Of a DNA stretch of 64,000 nucleotides, positions 1-11,821 are shown one piece after another. How positions within the stretch are numbered: the stretch's first letter is position 1; the number at the start of each line of letters is the position of its first letter. Made by a program: the position numbers and the translations under genes. Source of the stretch: Oopsacas minuta. Taxonomy: Eukaryota; Animalia; Porifera. Below the pieces are notes generated by a model, which did no database searches, was not told the DNA's origin, and saw only the letters and a list, made by a program, of their open reading frames with translations. The DNA lies in assembly GCA_024704765.1 (NCBI GenBank), contig JAKMXF010000222.1, positions 1,678,400 to 1,742,399 of the forward strand, given 5' to 3'.

Positions 1-249
1 TCGCACCGATATCGGCTCTTCGCCGATCATGGAGCCCACCAACGCCTCGCAAATGTTTCAGGCATTCCAAGGGCTACAGCAGTCCCGGTCACTAATCACA
101 GAGCATTACCGGCTCCTTCCAGCCAGGAAGTCCAACACAGGACAAGCTCTCTATCAATTTCTACTCCCACAACGGTGACAGCATTCAATCAATTCCCCTG
201 TTCAACCCTAATGATCTTGTAGAAAAGAGGTTTTTTGCTGGGGCAGACA

Positions 250-2000
250 ACATTTTTGCTTATTTGACAAAGTATTTTTCATAACTTCCTACATGGGACA
301 TAAGTTCGAGATGGTCAAGAAGTATAAGAGACCAGACATTCCTGCTATGAGAGTCTATAAATTGGACACATATTTCACCAAAGAGAGACTTTGGATTCTG
401 GAAAAGTCGGCATGAACCTTTAAAGAAATTCAACGTGCTAACTTGCACGCTGTAGGTCCCATATGTGAACTAATCACTAAAATATCTCAGAGTCAAATCA
501 TTACACAAGATCAAATCGTTGAGTAAGTATCGGCGTCTCTCGTCCTACTCGGGACCGCTACTGCTAAAATCCTTCTAGAAAGAAGGAAGAACGCTATTAA
601 AGCAGTCAATCCTGCATTAGTGAACGAGTTGGAAAAATCTGTCCCACATGACGACCAAACAAACTCTGTGTTTGGAGAAGACAATCTAAAAACATTGATT
701 GATACTCAGAGGAGCGATCCTCCTCGATAGGCTAGCTACAGAACGACCTGCTAAGAGATAAAAACCTAGCCAGCAAAATTACTCACGATAACACTGTACC
801 AGGTCCAATCAGCTTTTCGAAGGGGCCCCACGGGAGCTAGCTTTAATGGGGCCGATCAGAGAAAATCCCGGCCTTACTATCCAGGAGGTCTTATAGAGGC
901 AACAACACTGGCCACTCTCACCTTCCTAAACTCAGGAAGGTGAGGCCCCTTCAAAAAAACTGATTAACACATCCTCAAATAATTTCCAAGAAATGCACAT
1001 GCTAGCATGTGTGGCATCAGGGACCTGCTGATCCCGAGGGGAGTCCCTGAGCGCTCCAGTGAAATTATTTGCCAAAGTTGGAGATCCTCCACTTTAAAAT
1101 CTTACTCCACTGCTTGGAGAAAGTGGGTGTCATATTGCACACAAAAAGGAGTAAATCAACTAAAACCTGATATTCATAACATAATATCATTCATCACAGA
1201 AACATTCGAGTCTAAAAAATCCACAAGCAGGACTTTCACCTTCCGCTCAGTAATCTCCAGTTTTAGAAGTGTCACAGGGAGCAAGCATAGGCAAAACCCA
1301 CTAGTCTCCCATTACTTAAGGGAATGGGTAATACAACCCAAAAAACCACGTTACTCTAGTACCTGGGATATCGGTTAGTTGCTTAATTACTTGGAGCAGA
1401 ATATTGAGTCAACACTCAAATCTAAAACGTCCAACTTGCTACACTCATCGCGTTAACTACGGCATCTCGCTGCTTTGAGATTACAGCCTTGACGATAGAA
1501 CACACGAACTCAAGTTCAGACCGAGCAATCTTTCAGATTGAGAGGTTCAAGATCTGGAACAAGCGGTGATGAAACCTACTCACATACACAAATTCACTGC
1601 CAACGATCGTTTATACCCTCTTCTCGCATTGCGGGAATATTTGTCAGCAACCTTCACGATCGGACAAGGCAACACATCTCTATTTATGACCACAGTCAAA
1701 CCTCACAAACCAACCTCTTCTTCAACCATCAGTAGTAGGTGGGTCAAAACCACAATGGGGCTTGCTGGGATTGATATCTCCACATACAAGGCCCATTCCA
1801 CCAGGTTTGCTCTACATCCAAAGCTGCACAAGCCGGAGTTAATACTCAAGGTGGCAGACTGGCCTAATGCCCAAACATTCCAATCATTCTATCATAGAAA
1901 GCTATATAATACCGCTGAGAATGTTCATTCTCAGCCTACAAAGTCATTTACTACAACGGTCCTATCTCAGATATCCCTTAGCGACGAGGACCAAGATTAG
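250..2000 (+). mobile_element. DIRS-like tyrosine-recombinase retrotransposon relic (gag-like remnant + broken YR; RT/RNase H absent)
   Basis: Gag-like frame with stops at ~310-700 (KKYKRPDIPAMRV...LVLLGTATAKILLERRKNAIKAVNPAL). ORF 1007-1378 resembles the DIRS YR N-terminus (SWRSSTLKSYSTAWRKWVSYC...KPRYSSTWD). ORF 1566-2000 carries the catalytic H-x-x-R (YKAHSTR) and W...TF..FY (ADWPNAQTFQSFY). The element probably starts before the window edge. Confidence 0.8.
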
Positions 2001-2209
2001 TATAGGGTAAAATCCCTGGCTAGCCCTATAGCAAATATGCGGCTTAGTTCAAGGTTACAGAAATTCATGCAAATTATATCCCATGTACTACTATACTAGA
2101 TATTGCTCACCAAAGGCCACTCATATTCGCAAAATATTTACAGCCATTTAGGCTAACGTTAAACGTGCTATTCAACATTATGTCATTTTCTGGTGGAGCC
2201 ATGATGTAA

Positions 2210-3164
2210 AATTGAGTATTCAACCAGCCCTAAGGGCGACGTCGAATTGTAATTCTACAAATGGCGTAACCAGACAATGAAATATAACGTCCCACCCACT
2301 GCCACCCAGTGAAAAGGCGCTAGGAGATGAGTAGTGTAACATATAGTAATAGATAGTGAAGGAGTGCTGTTGTATGACAGATTTACTACCATGACAGTTT
2401 TACTATCCCTATTACTGGTACCATGGAACTCTATATCCATGACAGAGTTACTACCTTACATGACAGAATAATTACCCTTTGATCATGACATGAAATCGTA
2501 TAACCCAACTCTTAGTTCTTATCACACTGATAATAATGCATTTTCAATGGTTTGTTTGTTTCTGCTCTAGAGGTATATTGATTGCAATTTGTCTACTCAC
2601 TTCATTTATTTCCAAATTGTTACTTTTACTAAGTATGATAGCAATATAAAGGAAATAATTGGACAACTTTCTCATACATCCCATGTTAAACCAAATTCTG
2701 GTTTGGTACAACGGACTCAGTCCAATTTCTACATAAAAAAACGTGGAAGAAAACTGTTCATACGAAAAATGTAAAATTATCTTACTTATGTCTAGTTATG
2801 TAATATACCTCTAGAGCAGAAACAAACAAACCATTGAAAATGCATTATTATCAGTGTGATAAGAACTAAGAGTTGAGTTATACGATTTCATGTCATGATC
2901 AAAGGGTAATTATTCTGTCATGTAAGGTAGTAACTCTGTCATGGATATAGAGTATCCATGGTACCAGTAATAGAGGTAGTAAATCTGTCATACAACAGTG
3001 CCTAATACTATATGGTGGTATCCTAAAAGTCATTTTAAATACTAACAGATATAAATGTTAAAATGCGACCTTGGAGAACTATTCAACCTTATGTCATTGT
3101 CTGGTTACGCCATTTGTAGGATTACAATTCGACATCGCTCTTCGGGCTCGTCGAATACTCAATT
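2210..3164. repeat. Foldback / long inverted-repeat element (~950 bp)
   Basis: Outer arms 2210-2280 and 3094-3164 are imperfect reverse complements. Inner arms 2367-2579 and 2802-2998 are near-perfect reverse complements apart from one indel, around a ~220-bp spacer. Arms contain ~17-bp subrepeats beginning ATGACAG. Confidence 0.9.
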
Positions 3165-3270
3165 AAATCACAGCTTGACATCTATTGCTTTATATGTGCT
3201 ACACATCATACATCTAATACTCTATATATACCGAAGTAACGTGCATCTGGTTAAAATAAACTGGAATTAA

Positions 3271-3807
3271 TTAATGGTTCGTTTGATTCTGACTATTTTG
3301 AGTTTTCCTTTTACAAATCTTAAGACGCTGTGTAGCAGACATACACATCTGATAGAGTTTCTCTTCAGCCCTCCTCCCCGTAACATTACTGCTCTTCATT
3401 TGATCTGCAATAATAGATTGTGCTGATTTGTACTTATGTTGTTGCAACAGACCGAATGCCATATACAGGTTACATTGCGTCATAAGCTTTGTATCATTGA
3501 GCTTGTTAGCAATAGCTAGCTGCTTGATAGCAATATTATGTGCTACCTTAGCATGGTATTTAGACCGCTCCCCCAGAGAGGAATAAGCCCCACCAATCGT
3601 ATTGAGCCAAGCAAGAGCAGATTCCATAAATACGAAATCAGATAGGAGGGAGTATACACGTGCATACCATCTATAGTCTAGAGACTCAGTAGTAGGATAG
3701 TTGTGTGAACTTTTCATATCTTTGTTTGAAGAATGTTTGTTCTTATTCTTCATCTTATAATGGGGATTCTCAGCATTAACTTGATTGGGTGTGGAACAGA
3801 GGTCCAT
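3271..3807 (-). CDS. DUF4807-like (C. elegans F58A4.6-like) helical protein
   Basis: Single-exon 178-aa ORF with WLNTIGGAYSSLGE...AIKQLAIANKLND..L...CNLYMAFGLLQ, matching the DUF4807 pattern as I recall it. Confidence 0.6.
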   Translation of the reverse strand: MDLCSTPNQVNAENPHYKMKNKNKHSSNKDMKSSHNYPTTESLDYRWYARVYSLLSDFVFMESALAWLNTIGGAYSSLGERSKYHAKVAHNIAIKQLAIANKLNDTKLMTQCNLYMAFGLLQQHKYKSAQSIIADQMKSSNVTGRRAEEKLYQMCMSATQRLKICKRKTQNSQNQTNH

Positions 3808-4288
3808 AAATAAATCTAACTACTTATTGTGTAAATAATTGAGATAATAAATATAAGTCATTCCGCATGAATCAAGGAAAAATGCAAAAATTTCCAGACG
3901 ACAGAATGAGCGGGACAGACTGGGAGTGCAGCTCGCGGTTATTATTCAACTCGATAAACACCCATTAGTCGTTGGAGCCCATATAATAATTAATAATTAA
4001 GTAAGTCGAGTGTCAGCATGCTCCAGGGTTGTTTAAATAATATCAAAGTGTACAAGTAATGTACAATGGGTAATTACCGCTTATAACAACACCGTTGACT
4101 GAATAAAATAGATGCAAAAAGGGTGTGAAATATGACTACATATAATTACCTGATAAATCATGTAGACATAGATTTGAAATATCAGAATTCGAATTTACCT
4201 ATTCAATTAGCCCTCACTTACAGTTGAGACGAAATCTCTGCCATCATTTTAAAATACAGTAGTCAGTTGACAGACCCGACGGAAGCAA

Positions 4289-4343
4289 ATTTTTATTGGT
4301 CCGGCAATGGCCGCACCTGCCGTACCGGCTCCGCCGGCCATGG
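4289..4343. repeat. GC-rich MITE-like end fragment
   Basis: TTGGTCCGGCAATGGCCGCACCTGCCGTACCGGCTCCGCCGGCCATG is a GC-rich island in AT-rich DNA, typical of the end of a short dispersed repeat. Confidence 0.4.
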
Positions 4344-5099
4344 TAAACACTAGCTAATCAAAACAGGGCCAAAATATTATACAAACAATAGAAAATGATC
4401 TAATTTCAAAAGGACCTAATTGTAGCCAATTCTACTATGGCCTAATACTCAAAATCGGACTCTACCACCCAATTACACCTGAAACCTAATCTCTAGCATG
4501 CTTTTGAAAGGTGTGAAATTTTACTAAAGAAAACATTAACATCCCGAGGCGGAAATCCCCACCCAAAATGTACATGTGAACCAATTTTTATATAAATCGG
4601 AATGCTAGATTTCGTGCAGCCGCGCGGACGGACGGACATCACACATCATCAATGCCATTAGTTAAGGGCATGGGCGTCGTATATTTTTGTCTCTTTGGGC
4701 CTTCCGGACGGCATAAGTCAGGTCCGTGAATGTATAACACGAACTTTAAAGCAAGGACGCCACTTCGGGTTGTTGATGCATTGTAATTATAACACCAACG
4801 TGATTAACGCTATGATAAAGTACTTTAGTGCATTTGTGACGATATGAGTTGTAACTACAGTAGTGTTGCCAATTATTTCATTAACTAGCTTGTGATTAGT
4901 ACATGTGAGTATTCTTTATGAAGAGTGATGTATGTATGGTATGCAATACCTATTGAAGTGGAACTGAAACCCTCTTCCTTCATAAATGCATAAATGAAAA
5001 GATAATAGTCCTAGTCATTCAAACATATTTATATTGTTAAGATTTGCAAATTTTATTCATTCATTTTACCATTTAGCTATCTCAGTTAGAATATTCAAT

Positions 5100-5597
5100 A
5101 TGATGTACGTTACTCTCCTGTTGATGGGCCTTATCAGTCTAGGATTCTGTGAAGTTAAGATCACCCCTTTGTCTATGGTTCCTCTGGAACCGCACCATGT
5201 AGACGTAACGTGTCCTAATGGAGAAGAATGTCCAACTGATAACACTTGTTGCCAAACGTCAGGGAATGAGTATGGATGCTGTCCTCATCCTAATGCTATG
5301 TGTTGCTCTGATAGAAAGCACTGTTGTCCACAGGATACGACCTGCGACCTACAGAATGGTACATGTGTTCGAGTAGTATTAAAGAATGTGTTTTGTCCAG
5401 GAGGCAAGCAACAGTGTCAAGATTGGAATACCTGCTGTCTAAACGGGGATAAAAAAACTTATGGGTGCTGTCCAGTGAAGAATGCTGTCTGTTGTGGCGA
5501 TCATCAGCACTGCTGTCCTCCTGGATACACCTGTGACAATACAAACGGCTCTTGTAACAAGAAAGCGCTTGACATTGATGATTCTTCCTGGTGGTGA
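5100..5597 (+). CDS. Secreted two-domain granulin (short progranulin-like)
   Basis: ATG at 5100 gives signal peptide MMYVTLLLMGLISLGFC, then two complete 12-Cys granulin motifs (C-C-CC-CC-CC-CC-C-C). Single exon, preceded by acceptor-like CATTTAG/CTCAG. Confidence 0.9.
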   Translation: MMYVTLLLMGLISLGFCEVKITPLSMVPLEPHHVDVTCPNGEECPTDNTCCQTSGNEYGCCPHPNAMCCSDRKHCCPQDTTCDLQNGTCVRVVLKNVFCPGGKQQCQDWNTCCLNGDKKTYGCCPVKNAVCCGDHQHCCPPGYTCDNTNGSCNKKALDIDDSSWW

Positions 5598-5984
5598 AAA
5601 GAACATAGATAACCTAAAGTGTATTTTAGATTGTACCTTAGATGATAACTTTGTGTATTTTGAGATTTGCTATTTCCCTTATGTTTTCGTTGTGCGACTA
5701 TTTTAGTAGATTTTTGTTGGTATAATATCGTGTAAAGGTTGATTTTAATTACTATATTGTCTAAAGGTTTGATCTAATTTATTTTCTACGAGCGAGCTTC
5801 GCTTGCTTGCGCTTTACTGTTGCGAACACTTCATGTCAGCACTCGGGCCACGCCTCGAGTACATAAACTCATAATCTTAACCTTAGCAAACATGATACTG
5901 CCATAATCATTAAATCTGCTTACTTTATGTCCCCAAAAGTGAACAAATATTTATGAAATGTTGTTTACAGTATCATATTCGGAC

Positions 5985-6297
5985 TCAGCATACTCGATTA
6001 TCCCTAGGTAGCCGTTTAGAGCAAGACTACGTTTATTTGAGATCTGGATAATTTGTTTACTTTATATTCATAAAAACAACAACAAATTTACATATGATTA
6101 ATCCAAAAGTGTGAAAATCGGATTTAGCATGTTGGATATATTTAGTGAAGTATTATTGAATTATATTTACTTCCTTGATTAACACGAAAAACACAGTTTT
6201 GCGACAATTTCAAAATTGCATACCGTAAATCTTTCCTTGACAACGGACAAACAAACAAACAAACAAACAGACAGACAACAATTGAGATTTAATAATT
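5985..6297. mobile_element. Helentron/HINE-like dispersed repeat copy
   Basis: ~300-bp core ending ACGGAC(AAAC)n(AGAC)n AACAATTGAGATTTAATAAT, also found at ~10040-10345, ~50238-50680, ~52080-52200 (partial) and ~55681-56122. Confidence 0.7.
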
Positions 6298-6695
6298 TTC
6301 TATTATTTGTAAAGGTGGCACAGTGAATTGTGTTCCCAATAACAATACCCACTAAGGAATAATTGTAGTTGAGTCTCACAACAACTTCTAAAAGCTATGG
6401 AGACAAGAGTTTTTATTAACTTCTCTCTTACCCCTAGATATATCATTCTGAGGGGTTTGGCTTTTGGTCTCGAAAAATATAAATATTCTTTGGTTGTTAT
6501 GATTGTTCCAACACCTAGGTCTTAGTTTTATTAATTGAAAATTGGCGTCCTTCCATCTCTTTTGAGCACTCCATATTCATACATAAATAAACTACTTCAT
6601 AGAACAAAGTATAGTTGTGTGTTCTTAAGTGGTGTATTATATTACATATGTAATGTACACGGTGGTGTCTAATTGATAATTATCGATATTCCAGA

Positions 6696-7037
6696 ATGTA
6701 TACTAGTGTGACACTGTTATTCCTCACTGCTTGGATGTTAAGTCAGTGCTATCAAGAAACGAAAGAATTCAGGGATTTTAGCTTTGTACTCTGTAAAGAC
6801 AACAAGACAGAATGTCCAGAGGAGACAACCTGTTGTAATCAAACTAACCACGATAAGAAATATTTTTGGGATTGCTGCCCATTCCAGAATGCAGTTTGTT
6901 GTAATAAAGTCAACAGCTGTTGTCCTGAGAAGTATAAGTGTAATAATGAAGCCAAGACATGTGATCTGGGTAAAGATGCAATAAAAATGAGAAAGTTAAG
7001 ACGAGAGGAGAAACGAAGGATGGACATAGACGTATAA
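6696..7037 (+). CDS. Secreted single-domain granulin with basic C-terminal tail
   Basis: Signal peptide MYTSVTLLFLTAWMLSQC, one full 12-Cys granulin motif (CKDNKTECPEETTCC...CC...CC...CC...C...C), tail KMRKLRREEKRR. ATG immediately follows acceptor-like TATTCCAG. Confidence 0.88.
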   Translation: MYTSVTLLFLTAWMLSQCYQETKEFRDFSFVLCKDNKTECPEETTCCNQTNHDKKYFWDCCPFQNAVCCNKVNSCCPEKYKCNNEAKTCDLGKDAIKMRKLRREEKRRMDIDV

Positions 7038-7806
7038 GTTTTTTATTGGAGGATTTTATTCAATTAAGTAGTCACATGTGTATATTAATTATTTGATGTA
7101 GAATAATTATAAAGCATTCTTAAACGATCTCTGTATTACTGAATTACTTCTAATCATATGTATATATGGATTATGGATTATGGAATTCTGCTTGCTTAAT
7201 TAGGACACACTACAGTATGTCCAGGACTGATCTGTCCCAATTATACGGTATCGACTGTGCGTATACTTAGCAATGAGAATTTTGGTTTATAGAATGTATT
7301 CAAGTGGAGTAGAGGTTAAATCCAGAATAGGATATCCTAGATATCAGTCAACTTAGAAAATACTAATTGTTCTGAAGTGGAAGAGATAAGAAGTCTGATA
7401 TTCAATTTGTGATTTCGTTATCATAAAAGTACCAAATTCTGATTCAGTGGATTCAGCGTGAAATGTTACTCGTATACAGCCTAGTCTCTACAAAAATTTG
7501 GATATTTAATAATTCTTACAACACACATGGTATCTCAACCTGTGGCCAAATGACCAAACTTGGCCACATAATTTATGTCATTTCTTTCGTCTAGTTGAAT
7601 GTACTATATGCCAATTTGACAAAACCTGAAGAATTCTACCTGGATATAATCATGTTATGATATTTTCCACATACTCTGTGGGATTAAACAAACCCTGGTT
7701 TACGTATACACAGATAACAATTCATGATTGAGTGTGTATTAAATCTCTAATAGATAGAATACGGAAATAAAATCTCAGATCAATTAAACAATAATGAAAA
7801 GCTACA

Positions 7807-9751
7807 TTATTTTTTCCCCCAAACCTTAACCCAATCAATTCGCATGGCAGTATTATCCCCCAACCAGCTATCATGCCAAGAGTCCCGACTGTCCCAGAAC
7901 TGTTTCTGCGCAAGCTTATCCTTATTAGTCCATGGTTTCCCATTACCGTCGGGGAAATACTCGCATGCACCTCCGACAGCCACATTAAGTAACATATAGA
8001 ACTCTTTATCGAATGGAGCGTTCTTTCCTCCACCAATCCAAGGATTTACCAAGTTAGGGTTTTTATACCAGCCTCCTAGATCCCAGAATGGCATGTCAAT
8101 TGGTAGAGATAGAACCACGTTCTTCTCATCATCAATATATGAACCCATATATGTCTCATTCCATATAAAACCATATGTGTGAAAGTTTTCAATCAAGTCT
8201 TTCTCAGTTGATGCTGTCCACACAGCGTGTGACTTGCTCCAAGGGTCATTTCCTGGGAAAGGCCCCCAGTGTAAAGTCGTGCCAAACTTATTGTAACCTA
8301 ATTTGTACCAATAAATAATATAATATGGTCAGCTATGTATTAGTTATCGGCTGTATTTTGTCTAAGAAAAGATGATACTTACCACCAGGAGGGTAGGAAG
8401 GAGAATTTCCTCTTGACTCCACTATGTCAATCTCTCCACTAGCTGGCCAATTACCATACTCATTATGAATTGGGCGTAACCATATACCAGGCCAGATCCA
8501 ATCTCCTTCAGGTAACATAGCACGAACCTAAAAATTGGAATTTCACAAATTATGCTCGTATATACTTTTTTAATAATCGGAAATTCTAATTCCTAAGTGT
8601 GGTTCGATATTTTCACGTTTTCAAACCCTGCCCAGTTACAGTCACATAAAATAAGAGGAATTTTTATATTTTTAATACAGTCAACAACTGGTAACTCGAA
8701 TGCCCGTCAACTCAAACAATCGTTATCTCGAACGAATATTCACTTCCCTTCGTTTTACTTTAAGTACTTATCGCGTCTGTTAATCCGAATATTCGATTTT
8801 TCGTTCAGATTTATCAGGGTTCGAGTTACCGAATGTTAACTGTGTAATATATATTATTAACAATATGTATAATTTTAAATAATTTTGTTATGAATGTTTC
8901 TTATTGCATATTTGAAAAGATCACATAAACTGAATAAGAGTAAGAATTTCAGCTCTTAATCGTTTGAAAAAGTGTCGCAGGGGAATTGGGACCTTAAATG
9001 AACCATCCGTTAACTCGAATATTCGCTATCCTGAACAAAATTTGATTTTCCGAGGTTCGAGTTACCGGATATTGACTGTATTAATGAAACTATAAGTCAA
9101 AGAAAATTGAAAAAATTAGAAGTTTAAAACAATTACCACCTCATAACCTTACCTCAATACGACCGTATTTGAAGGAAAAACTATTGGTAGTCCTAATCCT
9201 AGCAGATGTAATCGGATTGATAATATTAACACCATCACTTTGTTTAAAACATCCATCACTCTTCTGACTAGTACAATATGTCCCAGGGTCTGCACCCCAT
9301 ATATCCATAGTACCACCCTTCTCTACTGCACGTAAGCCTATGATATCTGAAGTGAAGGTTGGTTTTAGATAGAGTACTCCATCCCTTACGAAACTGTTTG
9401 ATCTAGAACAAAATCAAATACACAATTAATAGTGTTAATTTCAATTGGTGTGTCCAACGGTTGCTAAAAAGCCCGTTAATATAAACAAACAATTCTCCCA
9501 AAGCGAGGCTATAGCATTCTATAGCTAAGCAGTTAACAGACTACCGACCTGTTATTTGTGTAGTATTCAAATTCTCTGTTACCACCTCCATCCATTGTTA
9601 TTTCATGTTGCCATTTAGAAAAGTTGAGTACAGAGAAATCATCCTCAAATATTAGAGTGTAATCTTTATGAGTATCCTGTTTAAGCTTTGCGTTATCAGA
9701 TTGAGATATTGTTGCGGTGAGGAATAGAGTAATAAACAAATACAGCTTCAT
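7807..9751 (-). CDS. GH16 beta-1,3-glucanase / beta-1,3-glucan-binding protein, 4 exons
   Basis: Exons 9751-9549, 9402-9153, 8527-8383, 8297-7807 with GT-AG junctions in frame (1089 nt). Signal peptide; motifs GGGNREFEYY, PITSARIRT, KYGRIEVRAMLP.GDWIWPGIW, WPASGEIDIVESRGN (intact E-x-D-x-x-E), APFDKEFYMLLNVAVGG. Confidence 0.93.
8678..8842. mobile_element. Tc1/pogo-type MITE in GH16 intron
   Basis: TA|CAGTCAACAACTGGTAACTCGAA ... TTCGAGTTACCGAATGTTAACTG: imperfect TIRs with TA at the left flank. A related right end lies at ~9055-9080. Confidence 0.6.
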
Positions 9752-10039
9752 ATTTACTTATTGTAATTAGAGATAACACGTCAGCATTAATGAAAAATTT
9801 AAAACAATAATTGTGTCCAACACTAATTAGTGCAACACAGACTAATCCAACTTTTTCGATGTCCTCAATTATTTAGAGGGGTAGACAGTAACCTTAGTTA
9901 GTATTTTGTGGTTGAAAATGAACATTTTGGGCGTATTCAGTGATGAATATCAAATATTTTCTATTAACAAATCTGTATAATTGAACATGATTTGATCATC
10001 TGGTGTACATGTGTTCCTCTATTACTACATCCATCTATA

Positions 10040-11040
10040 TTATTAAATCTCAATTGCTGTTTGTTTGTCCATTGTCAAGGAAATGATTTGCAGTATGCAA
10101 TTTCGAAATTGTCGCCTAACTATGTGTTTATCGTGTTAATCAAGGAAGTAAATATAATTCAATAAAACTGCACTAAATATATCGAACATGCTGAATTCGA
10201 ATTTCACACTTTTGGATTAATCATATATAAATTTGTTGTTGTTTTTATGAATATAAAGTAAACAAATTCTCCAAATCTCAAAATATGCGTACAGGTTTGC
10301 TCTAAACGGCTACCCAGGGGTAAGTAAGTACGCTGAGTCAGAATTTCGCATTTTCAAGTTTCTTATATGAAAATTTATTGTTGGTTTTAGGTACATAAAG
10401 TAAACAAATTTCAAATTTGTTGTAGAAACATGCTTTCAACGACTATACTAGCATTGGCGTAAATCCGTTCGAAAAAGTGGGAGGGATGGTGTATTATACA
10501 ATAATTATCAATAAAGGTATAAATTCAGATGTAGTAATTGTGGTGTCAGAAGTACACAAGGCTATTTACAACTATAAAATGAAATTTCCATATATTTTTC
10601 TAAAATGATATAAAATTATAAATATTATAGTTCTGTTACAAATACTCTAATTATAGAATTCTATTGACATAATTATGACAAAGTTTTGCTTTAAAAGTAT
10701 TCGGGATATACTCCTTTAGAGTATCCTCTGACCCAAATGGGGGGGAAATCCACTACAAAAAGTAGGGGATATATGTATGCAGCATCCCCCCACCCAAAAA
10801 GTGGGGGGGGATAATTGTATGGAGCATCCCCCTACTCAAAAAAGTGGGGGGAATATATCCCCCATCCCCCCCGGGATTTACGCCCATGTATACTGGTATA
10901 CTCAAGTATGCTGAGTCTGAATATTGTAAACAACATCAATTTAATTAAATGTCAATTGTTTTTGTCTGTTTATTTGTCCATTGAATACCTCAAGGCGCAA
11001 TGCGCCGAGTTCATCGCGAAGCGACGAGCCAAAGGCTCGT
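10040..11040. mobile_element. Helentron/HINE-like repeat (interrupted) with terminal hairpins
   Basis: Core at 10040-10345 and second head at ~10905-11040, ending GGCGCA-A-TGCGCC and ACGAGCC-AAA-GGCTCGT hairpins followed by a (TA)n run. Confidence 0.65.
10735..10890. repeat. G/C-run rich MITE-like repeat
   Basis: Repeated AAAAAGT(A/G)GGGG...ATCCCC units ending CCCCCCCGGGATTTACGCCCATG, inserted within the HINE-like copy. Confidence 0.5.
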
Positions 11041-11182
11041 ATATATATATATATATATAATACACAAAATATCAAATAATATTCAGCACATGTAAATACA
11101 AAGATTAACAACTAAGCCTAATCTAAATAGTCAAGCCGTATATACTCACAAAAATAAAGTTCAGTTCGTAATTCTGTCAGAA

Positions 11183-11821
11183 CTAGAAAGGTTGGTCTAG
11201 AGTACAACCATTCAAATCTGGTCGCTGGTTGGTAGCGAAAATAATAATATCTACAGTAAACCAGATACTAACAGCGAAGGTAGAAATAACTACAATAATT
11301 ACAAGGAGTATTATAACTAATACTACAAGACTACCACAAATCTTCCCACAAATGTTATCATCTCCACAAGAGAATGCTGCAGTGACACAGCAACTTGCAC
11401 AACAGAGAAAGAATGGAAATATGACAACAGCAAGAAATAGGAAAAGCTGTGCTCCTCCTAAGTCATCTCTGCCGATATAAAAGTTAGCAGCTCCGAGTCC
11501 ACCTACAAATATCTGTAACAGAAGAGCAGTCAACCAGCTTCGGGCTGTACTCTCACACACCCCCAGGGAGGTGTAGGTGTAGCAGCGAACGTCTAGGACA
11601 CAGGCATCCAGTGAATCAGTAGCGGAGGAATTTAATGAGAAGCAATTGTCCATACCACTACAAGCACATACTCCTGACACACACTGTACGTACTGAGCAC
11701 TGTTGATAGGATTGAGGGTAGTGCGAGTGCAATTCTGAGCTACTGTACAGCTAGATTGAGTGCTCACTGTAGCAACACACAGACACAGACATACAAATAA
11801 GATGGAATTGAAACGAAGCAT
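11183..11821 (-). CDS. TM2-domain membrane protein with Cys-rich N-terminal ectodomain
   Basis: Signal peptide, Cys-rich segment (CTVAQNC...CVSGVCAC...C), TM2 motif WLTALLLQIFVGGLGAANFYIGRDDLGGAQL, further hydrophobic helices. Single exon. Confidence 0.78.
   Translation of the reverse strand: MLRFNSILFVCLCLCVATVSTQSSCTVAQNCTRTTLNPINSAQYVQCVSGVCACSGMDNCFSLNSSATDSLDACVLDVRCYTYTSLGVCESTARSWLTALLLQIFVGGLGAANFYIGRDDLGGAQLFLFLAVVIFPFFLCCASCCVTAAFSCGDDNICGKICGSLVVLVIILLVIIVVISTFAVSIWFTVDIIIFATNQRPDLNGCTLDQPF

Noticed and set aside
1007-2000. Prophage/bacterial integrase
   Set aside because: Motifs and the upstream gag-like remnant fit a DIRS retrotransposon tyrosine recombinase; no phage genes nearby.
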